Source of the DNA: Deltaproteobacteria bacterium
GTDB taxonomy: Bacteria > Desulfobacterota > Desulfarculia > Adiutricales > Adiutricaceae
Assembly: GCA_031254895.1 (NCBI GenBank)
Contig: JAIRTO010000324.1
Location: 13 to 64,012 of the forward strand
Length of the DNA stretch: 64,000 bases
Reading direction: 5' to 3'
The position numbers and the translations under genes are program-made. Below, one piece after another: positions 40,449-52,258 of this stretch (position 1 is the first letter of the stretch; each line of letters begins with the position of its first letter). Under the pieces are notes generated by a model. It did not search any database and was not told the origin of the DNA. It saw only the letters and a program-made list of their open reading frames with translations.

Positions 40449-41396
40449 ATGAACCAAGATTATTTGGCGGCCCTGGACCTAGGGTCAAACACCTTCAGAC
40501 TACTCTTAGCCGCCGAAGCTGACGGATCTCTATCTTCTCGCCAAGTCTGGCAAGAAATTCCCCGCCTTTCCGAAAACATCGCCGCCGGAGCCGACCTGGC
40601 GGAAGCGCCTAAAAAAAGAGCCTGGGAGGCCTTGGAGCGTTTCGCCGACATACTGAAAGTCTACCAGCCTAAAAAAACTCTGGCCGGCGGGACCATGGTC
40701 TTTCGCGAAGCCGCCGACGGTCAGGCTTTTTTGGCTGAAATAGCCGAACGTTTCGGCTGGCGGACCGTTTTGCTGTCCGGGTTTCAGGAAGCCTACCTTT
40801 CCGCTCAAGGGGTTCTTTCCGGGCTGGCCTCCATCCCCGACAAGGCTTTGATATTCGACGTCGGCGGCCGCTCCACCGAGCTTGTGCGCACGGAAGGCCG
40901 ACGGATAAAGTCGCTCGTCAGTCTCAACGCGGGCGTGGTGGGGCTGACGGAAGAGTTCGTCAAGCATGATCCTCCCCGACCGGAGGAATTGGCGGCGATC
41001 GAAAGGCGCCTCGAAAGCCTTTTGGCCTCGGCTCGGCTGCCTAAATTGAGCCGGGAGGCCGTCCTCGTCGGCACCGCCGGGACGGTGACGACCATCGCGG
41101 CCATGCTTTTGGACATGGCCCGTTATGACGGCGACCGCGTCAACAATCAGGTCATCTCCGTCTCTTCGGCGGAAAATTTGCTCCGGGAAATGGCCGGAAT
41201 GAATTTGGACGCCCGCAAAACCCGGGCGGGTCTTGATCCTCGCCGGGCGGACGTGATCGTCGCCGGCTTGGTTCTGGTGAAAGTATTGGCGCGTTTTTTC
41301 CGTCGCTCCGAGGCCGTCGTCAGCGACAAAAGTCTTCTTGAAGGGCTATGGCTGGCCGCCGCCGGCCATGTTCCTCTTTCTCCACCATCTTTTTGA
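40449..41396 (+). CDS. Ppx/GppA-family phosphatase (exopolyphosphatase / pppGpp phosphohydrolase N-terminal module only)
   Basis: DYLAALDLGSNTFRLLLA..., FDVGGRSTEL and LVGTAGTVTT are ASKHA-fold Ppx/GppA motifs. I use ATG 40449. Confidence 0.85.
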   Translation: MNQDYLAALDLGSNTFRLLLAAEADGSLSSRQVWQEIPRLSENIAAGADLAEAPKKRAWEALERFADILKVYQPKKTLAGGTMVFREAADGQAFLAEIAERFGWRTVLLSGFQEAYLSAQGVLSGLASIPDKALIFDVGGRSTELVRTEGRRIKSLVSLNAGVVGLTEEFVKHDPPRPEELAAIERRLESLLASARLPKLSREAVLVGTAGTVTTIAAMLLDMARYDGDRVNNQVISVSSAENLLREMAGMNLDARKTRAGLDPRRADVIVAGLVLVKVLARFFRRSEAVVSDKSLLEGLWLAAAGHVPLSPPSF

Positions 41397-42875
<1,479 letters not shown>

Positions 42876-43207
42876 GGGGCGTCTTTTGACGCCCCTTAGC
42901 GGCCGAGCCCTGGAAAGGCCAGGCCTTCGGCGGGGCCAAAAAGTCGCAAGAAGGGCTAAAGTCGCGTTTTTTGCGGACTGACGGGCCAATGAGCCAAACA
43001 AACTGTCTGGTCGAGAGAGGGCGGAGGCGCCAAAAACCGCCGAGACGAACTCTCCCGCGCGGCGGATTGGCCGTTCAGGCGCTTCTTGGGAGGCGCTTTT
43101 TGGGAGGCTCTTCGCCTACCTAGAGCTTTCCTCGCCTTAAGATTTTGGAACGGCCGGGAAAAGGGCCGGCTTTTTTTCATTTTGTTCGCCTCCAAAGGAG
43201 GGCCTCG

Positions 43208-46200
43208 ATGTCGTTCGTCCACCTGCACGTCCACACCTACTACAGTCTTTTGGACGGGGCCATAAGAATACCGGATCTCGTCAAGACCGCCAAGGAAATG
43301 AACATGCCGGCGGTGGCCGTGACCGATCATGGCCAGATGTTCGGCCTTATGGCCTTCTATAAAGAGGCGATCGCGAAGAAAATCAAGCCTATTCTGGGCG
43401 TCGAGGCGTATTTGGACGCGGTCAGCCGATTCGGCAGGGACAAGAATGAGCCGAGGCACCATTTGACCTTGTTGGCCAAGAACTTGGAGGGTTACAAGAA
43501 TCTTTGCCGAATGATCTCCTACGCCAACATAGAAGGGTTCTATTACAAGCCCAGAGTCGATTACGAATTGTTGAGCAAATACTCCGAAGGCGTGTTCGCC
43601 CTGTCCGGCTGCCTTCAGGGGCAAATCCCCAGAGCCCTTCTGGCCGGCCACGGAGACGACGCCAGGCGGATAGCCGAAAAAATGGCCGGCCTGTTTCCCG
43701 ACCGCTTCTACATAGAGATACAAGAGAACGGACTGCCGGAACAGGCTCTGGCCAATCAGGGCTTGGTGGAACTGGCCGATTCCATGGGTCTGCCGCTGGT
43801 GGCCACCAACGACTGTCACTATCTGAGGCAGGAAGACGCCGTCGCTCATGACTTGCTGCTTTGCATTCAGACCAGCAAGAAGGTCGACGACAAAAAGCGC
43901 ATGCGCATGAACACGGACGAATTGTATTTCAAAAGTCCGGAAAAGATGGCCGACGATTTTCGCTGGCGGCCGGACGCCGTCGCCAATGCGGCGGACATCG
44001 CCGAGAAATGCGATTTCGTCAGATTCGAAAACGTCGACGCCGGAGACGACAGGGTTTATTATTTCCCGACTTTTCTTTCTCGCGGAGACCCCAGGCCGGC
44101 GGACGAGATCATGAAAGAAAAGGCCAGAAACGGCCTGGAGAAGCATTTGGAGCGCCGGACCGAATTGGGCGAGCCCTTCTCGGAGGAGGAAAAAGCCAAA
44201 TACAGACGGCGGCTGGAAGAAGAGATGGCCGTCATCATCGACATGAAATTCGCCAGTTATTTTTTGACGGTGGCTGATTTCATCCAATGGGCCAAGGACG
44301 AGAAGATCCCGGTCGGCCCGGGCCGAGGCTCCGGCGTCGGCAGCGTCGTCGCCTGGTCGTTGGGCATCACCAACGTCGATCCTATTCGCTTCGATCTCCT
44401 GTTCGAGCGTTTTTTGAACCCTGAACGAAAATCCATGCCTGACATAGACGTGGACTTCTGCGCCGAGAACAGGGACAGGGTCATCAAGTACGTGTCAGAA
44501 GCATACGGCGGAACGGAATATGTGGCGCAGATCATTGCTCTAGGGCAGTTGAAGCCCAAGTCCGTGATCAAGGACGTCGGCCGGGCCAAAGGCGTGCCCT
44601 TGGACGAAGTGACGGCTTTGACCAAAATGCTCGACGAGGCGGCCAACGTGAAACAGTCGGCCAACGCGAAACAGTCGGGCGACGGAGAAGAGAAGGCGAT
44701 TTCCCTGCAGACGCTGATAGACAAAAGCCCGGAGCTTAAAAAGGCCATCAACGCCAACCCGAAGTACAAAGAACTCGTCGACATGGGTCTTTTTTTCGAG
44801 AATTTTCCTCGCCACGCGTCCGTCCACGCCTCCGGCGTGATCATTTGCGATCGCTCCCTGACGGAATATTTGCCTCTATATTGCGACGCCAAAACGCCGG
44901 AAGAGGGGGGAAGACGGACTCAAGCCATCACCCAGTTCAATTTGAAGGGCGTGGAAGATCTCGGCTTGGTCAAATTCGATTTTCTGGCCTTGAAGAATCT
45001 TACTTTCATCAATAACTGCATCGAACTGATCGCTCTAAATGGCCGGCAAATTGATTTGGACAAATTGGATTACGCGGATAAAAAGACTTACGAGCTTATC
45101 GCCAGGGGCGACGTGACGGGAGTTTTTCAAATTGAGCACTCCGGCATGAGAAAAATGACCGTCAGGCTAGGACCGAACTGTTTGGAAGATTTGGTGGCTC
45201 TGGTGGCCCTTTATCGGCCAGGGCCCCTCCAAAGCGGCATGACCGAAACGTATCTCAGAGTAAGAAAAGGCCAAGAAGAAGTCCACTACCCCGTTCCTCA
45301 AATGAAGGAAATACTGGAACCGACCCATGGCTGCATGGTTTATCAGGAGCAGGTCATGCGTCTGGCTCAGGTTCTGGCCGGCTATTCCTTAGGCGACGCC
45401 GACGAGCTTCGCCGGGCGATGGGCAAAAAAAAGGCCGACCTGATGTTGAAGGAAAAACCTCGATTTGTGGAGGGATGCCTGAAAACGAGCAATATTTCCT
45501 CCGAGATTTCGGAGGAAATTTTCGCCAACATGGCCAAGTTCGCCGAATACGGCTTCAACAAATCTCACAGCGTCGCTTACGCCTACCTCATCTTTCAGAC
45601 GGCTTACCTGAAGGCTAATCATCCCGTGGAGTTCATGGCCGCCTTGCTGACGGCGGAGTCGGAGAATCTGAAAAAGATAAACGTCATCAAAACCGAATGC
45701 CTGCAAAGAGGCATCGAGATGATTCCGCCTAACGTCAATTTGTCGAAGCGTCAGACGACCGTGTCCGACGGCAAAATAATTCTGGGTCTTGGCTCCCTCA
45801 AAGGGGTTGGGGAAGGGATCATTCAATCGATCGTCGAAGCTAGGCGGGACGGGCTTTTTACGGATCTCTTCGATTTTTGCCGACGGGTCGGAGACAGCAA
45901 ATTGACCTCCAAAGTCGTGGAAACGCTGATAAAAGCCGGAACCTTCGACTCTTTGGGTCAGACCTGTCGGGCCACGCTTTTGGCCGCCTTGCCGGAGGCC
46001 ATGGAATCGGTCAAAAGAGGCAAACAGAAAAGGAGCAGACTGGCCAAGGCCGGAGGAGGCCTTTTCGCCGCCTTCGACGCGGAGAGCAGGAAGCCGCGCT
46101 GGCCGTCGGTTCCGCCGATGCCGGAAAGCGAGCGTCTGGCCTATGAAAAAGATATTCTGGGCTATTACGTGTCCGGTCATCCTTTGCTGAAGTACAAGCC

Positions 46201-46834
46201 GACCGCGGAGGCCATCCAAAGCCGGAGCATCGTAGAGGCTTTGGCCTACGATAAAAGGCTCGAGGTCAGGCTTTGCGGACAGTTGAACAACTGTCAAGTC
46301 ATCCCGACGAAGAAAGACCCCAACAAAAAATTCGGGCGAGCTTTATTGACTGATTGGAACGATTCCATCGCCGTGAAAATGTTCGACAAGTTGTTGAAAA
46401 GAAAAGCTAAAACGTTGGTTGACGGCCAGATGGTCATCATCGACGGCGTGGCCGACAAAAACGAGTTCAACGGCGAGGTCTCCGTCGAGGTCATGGTCAA
46501 CGACATTTTTCCTTTAGAGGAAAGCCTCAAACACAGTTTTCCTTCCATTGTCGTCGACACGAATCTGGACGATCTGGAAGACGTCATTTATTTTTTCAAG
46601 AATTGGATCGGCCAGCGGGAAAATGGGCTTGAAGAGGTTTCCGACGTGAAGAAAGGCGAGATATTGAGGAAAGCCATCGTCTATCTGCTCATCTATGACG
46701 GTTCCGGCCAGTGCGTCTACCGCCTGAACGACAAAATCGGGCTGTGCGTCGATTTTTTTCTTGAAGCCGACAAATTGACGAGCAACAACACGAAAATAAC
46801 GTGTTCTGAAAAATATGATCCCTTCAGATCTTAG
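43208..46834 (+). CDS. dnaE: DNA polymerase III alpha subunit
   Basis: PHP domain MSFVHLHVHTYYSLLDGA, GPGRGSGVGS, PDIDVDF and the OB-fold C-terminus. I use ATG 43208 with an AGGAGG RBS. Confidence 0.97.
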   Translation: MSFVHLHVHTYYSLLDGAIRIPDLVKTAKEMNMPAVAVTDHGQMFGLMAFYKEAIAKKIKPILGVEAYLDAVSRFGRDKNEPRHHLTLLAKNLEGYKNLCRMISYANIEGFYYKPRVDYELLSKYSEGVFALSGCLQGQIPRALLAGHGDDARRIAEKMAGLFPDRFYIEIQENGLPEQALANQGLVELADSMGLPLVATNDCHYLRQEDAVAHDLLLCIQTSKKVDDKKRMRMNTDELYFKSPEKMADDFRWRPDAVANAADIAEKCDFVRFENVDAGDDRVYYFPTFLSRGDPRPADEIMKEKARNGLEKHLERRTELGEPFSEEEKAKYRRRLEEEMAVIIDMKFASYFLTVADFIQWAKDEKIPVGPGRGSGVGSVVAWSLGITNVDPIRFDLLFERFLNPERKSMPDIDVDFCAENRDRVIKYVSEAYGGTEYVAQIIALGQLKPKSVIKDVGRAKGVPLDEVTALTKMLDEAANVKQSANAKQSGDGEEKAISLQTLIDKSPELKKAINANPKYKELVDMGLFFENFPRHASVHASGVIICDRSLTEYLPLYCDAKTPEEGGRRTQAITQFNLKGVEDLGLVKFDFLALKNLTFINNCIELIALNGRQIDLDKLDYADKKTYELIARGDVTGVFQIEHSGMRKMTVRLGPNCLEDLVALVALYRPGPLQSGMTETYLRVRKGQEEVHYPVPQMKEILEPTHGCMVYQEQVMRLAQVLAGYSLGDADELRRAMGKKKADLMLKEKPRFVEGCLKTSNISSEISEEIFANMAKFAEYGFNKSHSVAYAYLIFQTAYLKANHPVEFMAALLTAESENLKKINVIKTECLQRGIEMIPPNVNLSKRQTTVSDGKIILGLGSLKGVGEGIIQSIVEARRDGLFTDLFDFCRRVGDSKLTSKVVETLIKAGTFDSLGQTCRATLLAALPEAMESVKRGKQKRSRLAKAGGGLFAAFDAESRKPRWPSVPPMPESERLAYEKDILGYYVSGHPLLKYKPTAEAIQSRSIVEALAYDKRLEVRLCGQLNNCQVIPTKKDPNKKFGRALLTDWNDSIAVKMFDKLLKRKAKTLVDGQMVIIDGVADKNEFNGEVSVEVMVNDIFPLEESLKHSFPSIVVDTNLDDLEDVIYFFKNWIGQRENGLEEVSDVKKGEILRKAIVYLLIYDGSGQCVYRLNDKIGLCVDFFLEADKLTSNNTKITCSEKYDPFRS

Positions 46835-47007
46835 ACTCGTCGTCATGGATGTTGGCCTTAGGGCGTCATCGGGCGATTTTGCGGCTTAAGGGGAAAGGCG
46901 GCCTCGAAGGCCCGGCCGCTTCTTTTTCTTCTTCCGACGACGACTTCGCCTGCGGTCTTTTTTGGGCTCGAAAAAGGAGCGCTCCAGGCCGCCGACAGAC
47001 GGCGACA

Positions 47008-47073
47008 GGCCCGTCGGCAGGCGGCGGAAGGCCCGTCGGCAGGCGGCGGAAGGCCCGCCGGCAGGCGGCGGAA
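47008..47073. repeat. Near-perfect 22-bp tandem repeat x3 (ggcccgtcggcaggcggcggaa)
   Basis: Units at 47008-47029, 47030-47051 and 47052-47073, with one substitution in the third. Confidence 0.9.
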
Positions 47074-47199
47074 GTTCGCGGCTGGGCCAAATCGATTCAA
47101 GGCCAAATCGACAGAGGAGAAAATGACTCTGGGGAAAATCGCGGCCGGGCCAAAGCGACGCGGGGAAAAAAATATCTTTAGGAAAAAGGGCGGGGTTTA

Positions 47200-48201
47200 G
47201 TGGACAAGAATATGGTTGCGCAGGTTCTGGAAACGCTTAAAGACGTCAGATCGGCCAAAGTTCTCTGTTTGGGCGATCTGATGCTGGATCGCTACATCTA
47301 TGGCCACGCGGCTCGTCTATCGCCGGAAGCTCCGGTGCCGGTGGTCGTCGTCAAGAGAAAGACCTACATGCCCGGCGGGCTGGGCAACGTGGTCATGAAT
47401 CTCAAATCGTTGGGCGCCGACCCCCTGGCGGCGGGACTGGTCGGTCGGGATCAGGCGGCCAAGCTTTTGGCCGATCTTCTGAGCGGCGCTCTGGATCCGG
47501 CTTCGCCGCCATTGCTCGAAGACGAACAGCGGCCCACCACCGTCAAAACGAGGGTTCTGGCCGGGATTCAGCAGGTGGTCAGGTTCGACGAGGAATCGGA
47601 AAGCCCTCTGTCCCCGGAGACGGAAGAGAAGTATCGCCAGTCCGTCTCCGAGCTTCTGCCTCGCTGCGGCGCCGTGGCCGCGTCGGACTACGGCAAAGGG
47701 GTTCTCACGCCTTCCTTCTGCGCTTGGCTGTTGGAGGAGGCGGAAAAGATGAATGTCCCCGTGATCGTCGATCCGAAGGGATCCGATTACGGCCGCTACC
47801 GAAACGCCTTTTTGGTCACTCCGAATCGGCAGGAACTGGCCCAAGCCGTAGGGGAAGACGTCGCCGGGGCCTCGACGGAACGTTTGGTCGCGGCCGGGCG
47901 AAAGCTCATGGACCGCTGCCGTCTGAAAAATCTCCTCATCACGCGCAGCGAAGACGGCATGACCCTTCTCTCCAGCGCCGGCGGCGTTAGTCATTTTCCC
48001 GCCAAAGCTCAAGAAGTTTTCGACGTCAGCGGGGCCGGAGACACCGTGGTCGCGGCCATGGCCGCCGCCTTGGCCTGCGGACGAAGCTTGGAGGCGGGAG
48101 CGGGACTGGCCACCTTGGCCGCAGCCGTCGTCGTCGGAAAAGTCGGCACGGCCGTCGCCGCTCCGGAAGAGATAGAAGAAGCCGCCCGCCCCGTCGACTG
48201 A
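47200..48201 (+). CDS. hldA: D-glycero-beta-D-manno-heptose-7-phosphate kinase (RfaE domain I / PfkB family)
   Basis: KVLCLGDLMLDRYIYGHAARLSPEAPVPVV..., and C-terminal DVSGAGDTVVAAMA (PfkB signature). No adenylyltransferase domain follows. Confidence 0.85.
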   Translation: MDKNMVAQVLETLKDVRSAKVLCLGDLMLDRYIYGHAARLSPEAPVPVVVVKRKTYMPGGLGNVVMNLKSLGADPLAAGLVGRDQAAKLLADLLSGALDPASPPLLEDEQRPTTVKTRVLAGIQQVVRFDEESESPLSPETEEKYRQSVSELLPRCGAVAASDYGKGVLTPSFCAWLLEEAEKMNVPVIVDPKGSDYGRYRNAFLVTPNRQELAQAVGEDVAGASTERLVAAGRKLMDRCRLKNLLITRSEDGMTLLSSAGGVSHFPAKAQEVFDVSGAGDTVVAAMAAALACGRSLEAGAGLATLAAAVVVGKVGTAVAAPEEIEEAARPVD

Positions 48202-48255
48202 CAATTTTTGCGGTTATCGACCCTTGTTTTCCGACGTCGTTTGTAGGGCCGCCTT

Positions 48256-48933
48256 TCAAGAAGCGGTCGGCCGTTCCGCCTCGCTTTTTTCCTCGCCTTT
48301 TTCCTCGTTCGCTCCCTCGATGACTTCCGCTTTTTCCTTTTTGGCTTTTTTCGGTTTGACGTTGGCTTTTCGCTGGCAGGCGGGGAGCCCTTTATGGCTC
48401 CACAGAGCCGTCGCCTGGGCGCCTATTAGTATGGCGGCGTCGATGATTTCTCTTTCTTCAGGCTCAAAATCCGACAGCACGTAAGGCGCGTAGTCGCCGT
48501 CGAACGTCCCTTTGACGGGTCGGCCGATGCCGACCCGCAATCGATCGAAATTTTCGCGGATTTCGCCGATTAGGGACGTCAGACCGTTGTGCCCGCTGCT
48601 GCCGCCGCCGTTGACGGCTTTGAGGCGGCCTACGGGCAGATCCATGTCGTCGTGCACGACCAGAAGACAGGACGGCTTGACCTTGTAAAAGTCCAAAAGC
48701 TCCCTGACCGCTTGACCGGAATTGTTCATGAAGGTCTGGGGCCAGGCCAGGATCGTTCTTTGCCCTTCAATCTTGCCTTTGCTGATCAGGTTCTTCGCGA
48801 AACGCGAAGGATCCGGGAAGTTTTTCATTTCGGCCATCTTGGCCACGACGTGGTAACCGGCGTTGTGTCTGGTGTTTTGGTAACGTTCGCCGGGATTGCC
48901 GAGTCCGACGATTATTTTCAATTCTTCCGCCAA
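48256..48933 (-). CDS. pth: Peptidyl-tRNA hydrolase with a Lys/Glu-rich C-terminal extension
   Basis: KIIVGLGNPGERYQNTRHNAGYHVV...GHNGL is canonical Pth. It carries an extra tail of about 40 aa, KPKKAKKEKAEVIEGANEEKGEEKSEAERPTAS. Confidence 0.93.
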   Translation of the reverse strand: MAEELKIIVGLGNPGERYQNTRHNAGYHVVAKMAEMKNFPDPSRFAKNLISKGKIEGQRTILAWPQTFMNNSGQAVRELLDFYKVKPSCLLVVHDDMDLPVGRLKAVNGGGSSGHNGLTSLIGEIRENFDRLRVGIGRPVKGTFDGDYAPYVLSDFEPEEREIIDAAILIGAQATALWSHKGLPACQRKANVKPKKAKKEKAEVIEGANEEKGEEKSEAERPTAS

Positions 48934-49005
48934 GCCTCACCTCCAAGCCTTGCCTTCCGGACGAGCCCTGCGCCCGAAAAGAACCAAAGCCAAAAAGACT
49001 GTCGG

Positions 49006-49034
49006 ATTGTACTTGAAAAAGCTTGGGGATTCAA
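49006..49034 (-). promoter_or_regulatory. Promoter candidate for pth (minus strand TTGAAT-N17-TACAAT)
   Basis: On the plus strand ATTGTA lies at 49006-49011 and ATTCAA at 49029-49034, about 70 nt upstream of the pth ATG. Confidence 0.35.
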
Positions 49035-49196
49035 AAGCGAATTCGACGGTCAATAAATGACCTTCACGAAAAGGTCTTCGGGCGCTCCGCCATCCTCCTG
49101 AACGCCCGGCCGGCTCTTGGCGGCCGGCCGGGCTCGGCGGGCCGCCAAGGCGTCCAGGCGAGCGGGATTCGCCGGTTTTTCCTTTCAAGCAAATAT

Positions 49197-49225
49197 TTGA
49201 CATCACCAGACATATGAACTAAAGT
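49197..49225 (+). promoter_or_regulatory. Orphan promoter candidate (TTGACA-N17-TAAAGT; also TGTTATGAT at 49227-49235)
   Basis: Hexamers read directly from the sequence. No convincing ORF occurs before the terminator at 50059. Confidence 0.3.
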
Positions 49226-50058
49226 TTGTTATGATCGTTCAGCGGTAGGGCAGTTTTTTTGGCGCCGGCCATTGGCGAGTCGCCCTCCGGAGAACGTGAA
49301 GACTGGCGGCCCCGAATCGTTCGCCGAAAATCCGGCTAAAGTCCTAAAAAAGTCGGAGAAGGGCGCCGCCAAAAGCGCTGTCCGTTTCGACGGTTCGCGA
49401 GGCCTCGCCTTTTTGGCGCGGCCAAACAGCTCCAAGGCGGCCGCAAGCCGCCGCAGGCGGGAAACGAAACGTCTTCTTAGGCTGGACTGATCTCTGGCCG
49501 TCGTTTCCCCCCGGCCTTTGACCGCCCGCTCTCTGGAGCCGGCTCAGTCTGGCCTTAACGAGCCTCTTCTGGCCTCATCGAGCCTTATCTAGCCTTATCG
49601 AGCTTCCTCTGGTCTCATCTTGGCCTTGGCTGGTCTTGACTGTCCAGGGAAGCTTGTTTCGGTCTTCTTTCGTTCTAATTGGTCTTCTTTCGGCCGACGG
49701 CTCGCCGCCAAAAATGCTGGACGCCAAAGGCTTCAGTTCGCTGGCGAGAGTCAGTCATCTTGATCGTTTTGGCTTGGTTTTTTTGTTTTTGGCTGACCAA
49801 AAAGGACGAGTCTTCTAAAGAGGACGGAAACGGTTCATCGACGCGCTTGGACTGTTCCGACAGTTCGTGCCGATCGGCGCGTCGGTCGATTGTTCGAGCC
49901 AAGGGCTTGGCCAAATATTTGGTCGTTCCTAGGGCGCGGACTTCGACATGTTTCTTTGTAATTTTTTTGAAGAAATTCGCTGCTTCGCCAGACCCGCCAG
50001 GGTCCCTTTAAACCCTGTTCCGATTCCGGCCCTAAATCGGATTCGGACCATATTCTTT

Positions 50059-50087
50059 CCCTGATCGTTTCGGATCAGGGCTTTTTT
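50059..50087 (+). terminator. Rho-independent terminator 14 nt upstream of the rubredoxin start
   Basis: CCCTGATC-gtttcg-GATCAGGG followed by CTTTTTT. Confidence 0.6.
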
Positions 50088-50100
50088 AGGGTGATTTCCC

Positions 50101-50262
50101 ATGAAAAAGCATGTATGCATCGTCTGCGGGTACATCTACGATCCCGCCGTCGGCGATCCCGACAACAGCGTGGCGGCCGGCACCGAGTTCAGCGCTGTTC
50201 CCCATGATTGGACCTGTCCCGTTTGCGGCGCCGGCAAAGATCAGTTCGACGCTCAGGGTTGA
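50101..50262 (+). CDS. rub: Rubredoxin
   Basis: 53-aa ORF below the ORF-track cutoff: [53 protein letters not shown]. It has two CxxCG knuckles. Confidence 0.9.
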   Translation: MKKHVCIVCGYIYDPAVGDPDNSVAAGTEFSAVPHDWTCPVCGAGKDQFDAQG

Positions 50263-50383
50263 GAATTAGGGAGCTTTCGGCCGGCGCCAAATCGGCCGGA
50301 GGCCGCATTTGGCCTGAAACCATTAACCTGTCGAGTCGTCGGCGGCCTCTGGCCGGCGACTCGTTCGCGTGGCGGGAGGGCAG

Positions 50384-50872
50384 ATGATCTATCCATTTAA
50401 CGCTGCGGAAGCTTTCAAGATCGCGATCGCGCTCGAAGAGAACGGCTTGAGGTTTTATCGACGGGCGGCCGAGAAGTTCGCGCCCGGCCCCATCGCCGAT
50501 CTCTTCACTTCGCTCGCGCAAGAGGAAGCCATCCATAAAGCCTCTTTCTCCAAGTTTCTGACTGATGTTTCGACTGGCGAACCCACGGTCTACGATCCCG
50601 ACAACGAGCTCGACGATTATCTGAAGATGATGGCCGGGCTCAACGTCTTCAAAGACGGCGCCGCCGAAGTGGACAGGCTTCTTTCGGAAGTGGACTCCGT
50701 TCAAGGGGCTCTGAAGCTGGCCATGTCGTTCGAGAAAGACTCCATAGTTTTTTTCGTGCAGTTGAAAAGCTCCTCGGAGGCGGCGGCCGACAAGATGTCG
50801 GTCGACAAGCTCATCCTCGAGGAAGCCAAACATCTTAGGAAACTGGCCAGAATCTACAACGCCTTGGTCTGA
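50384..50872 (+). CDS. Rubrerythrin-like ferritin-fold di-iron protein (no rubredoxin domain)
   Basis: Two E...ExxH pairs: ALEENG / QEEAIH and SFEKDS / LEEAKH. I use ATG 50384 with a GGGAGGG RBS. Confidence 0.8.
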   Translation: MIYPFNAAEAFKIAIALEENGLRFYRRAAEKFAPGPIADLFTSLAQEEAIHKASFSKFLTDVSTGEPTVYDPDNELDDYLKMMAGLNVFKDGAAEVDRLLSEVDSVQGALKLAMSFEKDSIVFFVQLKSSSEAAADKMSVDKLILEEAKHLRKLARIYNALV

Positions 50873-51057
50873 TCGTTTCGATTGATCTGATCGTTTCGAA
50901 GTCATGGCCCTTTATCGGGCCATGACTTCGTCAAAATCCCGAACGCTTGCGATCCCTTAAGTTAAGCTCCTCTTCAAGAGCGCCGTCTATGACGGCCGTT
51001 CTTTTTAGCGAAATCGCCAACATATTCATTTTTTCCAAATTGCATAAAGGATTCAAA

Positions 51058-52257
51058 ATGGAACCTGTCAAGGTAACAGACAATATTTATTGGGTCGGCG
51101 CCGTGGACTACGACATCAGAGATTTTCACGGCTATCTGACTCCTCGCGGCAGCACTTACAACGCCTACCTTGTCGTCAACGGCGACGTCGTCACTTTGAT
51201 CGACACCGTCAAGCACGGCCTGGAAGACGAGTTGTTGAGCCGCGTGGCCAAGATCGTCGACCCCTCCAAAATCACTCAAGTCGTCTCCAATCACGCTGAA
51301 ATGGATCACTCCGGCGGTCTGCCGGTCATCATGAAGCGCATCGGTCTGGAAAAGCCCGTCTACGCCAGCTCCATGGGCGTCAAGAACCTCTTCGGCCAGT
51401 TCCACTACGCGGGCATGAACTTGCAAACCGTCCCCGAGAAGCTGGATCTGGGCGGCGAAGATATGGTCTTCCTGGAAACGCGCATGATCCACTGGCCGGA
51501 CAGCATGTTCAGCTTCCTGCCTTCTCAAGGCGTTTTGTTCTCTCAAGACGGCTTCGGCATGCATCTGGCCGCTCCAGAGCGTTTCGACGACGAGGTCGAC
51601 GAAAAAGTCTGGGGTCCCCTGGCTCTCAACTATTTCGCCAACATCTTGACGCCGTACACCGTCCAGATCGGCAAGCTTCTCGAAAAGGTCGCGGCTGACG
51701 GCTTGCTGGCACAGATAAAGATCGTCTGTCCGGATCACGGCTTCGTCTGGCGCAAAAATCCCGGCCGGATCGTGGAATTGTATTCCCGGTGGGTCCAGCA
51801 GAAGCCGGAGAGGAAAGCGGTCATCGTCTTCGACACCATGTGGCATTCCACCGAATACATGGCCAGAGAGCTGACGGACTACCTGGCCTGTCAGGGGATC
51901 GAGACCCGCTATCACAATCTGAAAAACACCCACCGCAGCGTGGCGACCACCGACTGCTTCGAAGCGGCGGCCATCTTGATCGGTTCTCCGACGATCAACA
52001 ACCAGATGTTTCCTTCGGTGGCCGATTTTCTGACCTACGTCAAGAGCCTGAAGTTCAAGAACAAAATTGGCGCCGCCTTCGGCTCCCACGGCTGGAGCGG
52101 AGAAGGGGCCAAATTGGTGCAGGCGGAACTGAAGACCATGGGCTTCGAGGTTCCGTCCGACGAAGTCAGAATCCAATGGGTGCCTCAGGAAAAAGATCTG
52201 GGCCCCTTGAAGGCGTTGGGTCAAACCGTCGCCGAGGCCGTCAAAAAGCTGTCCTGA
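51058..52257 (+). CDS. Flavodiiron protein (FprA / rubredoxin:oxygen oxidoreductase type)
   Basis: Metallo-beta-lactamase-like domain with SNHAEMDHSGG (HxExDH) and a C-terminal flavodoxin-like domain (KAVIVFDTMWHSTEYMA). I use ATG 51058. Confidence 0.92.
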   Translation: MEPVKVTDNIYWVGAVDYDIRDFHGYLTPRGSTYNAYLVVNGDVVTLIDTVKHGLEDELLSRVAKIVDPSKITQVVSNHAEMDHSGGLPVIMKRIGLEKPVYASSMGVKNLFGQFHYAGMNLQTVPEKLDLGGEDMVFLETRMIHWPDSMFSFLPSQGVLFSQDGFGMHLAAPERFDDEVDEKVWGPLALNYFANILTPYTVQIGKLLEKVAADGLLAQIKIVCPDHGFVWRKNPGRIVELYSRWVQQKPERKAVIVFDTMWHSTEYMARELTDYLACQGIETRYHNLKNTHRSVATTDCFEAAAILIGSPTINNQMFPSVADFLTYVKSLKFKNKIGAAFGSHGWSGEGAKLVQAELKTMGFEVPSDEVRIQWVPQEKDLGPLKALGQTVAEAVKKLS

Positions 52258-52258
52258 C

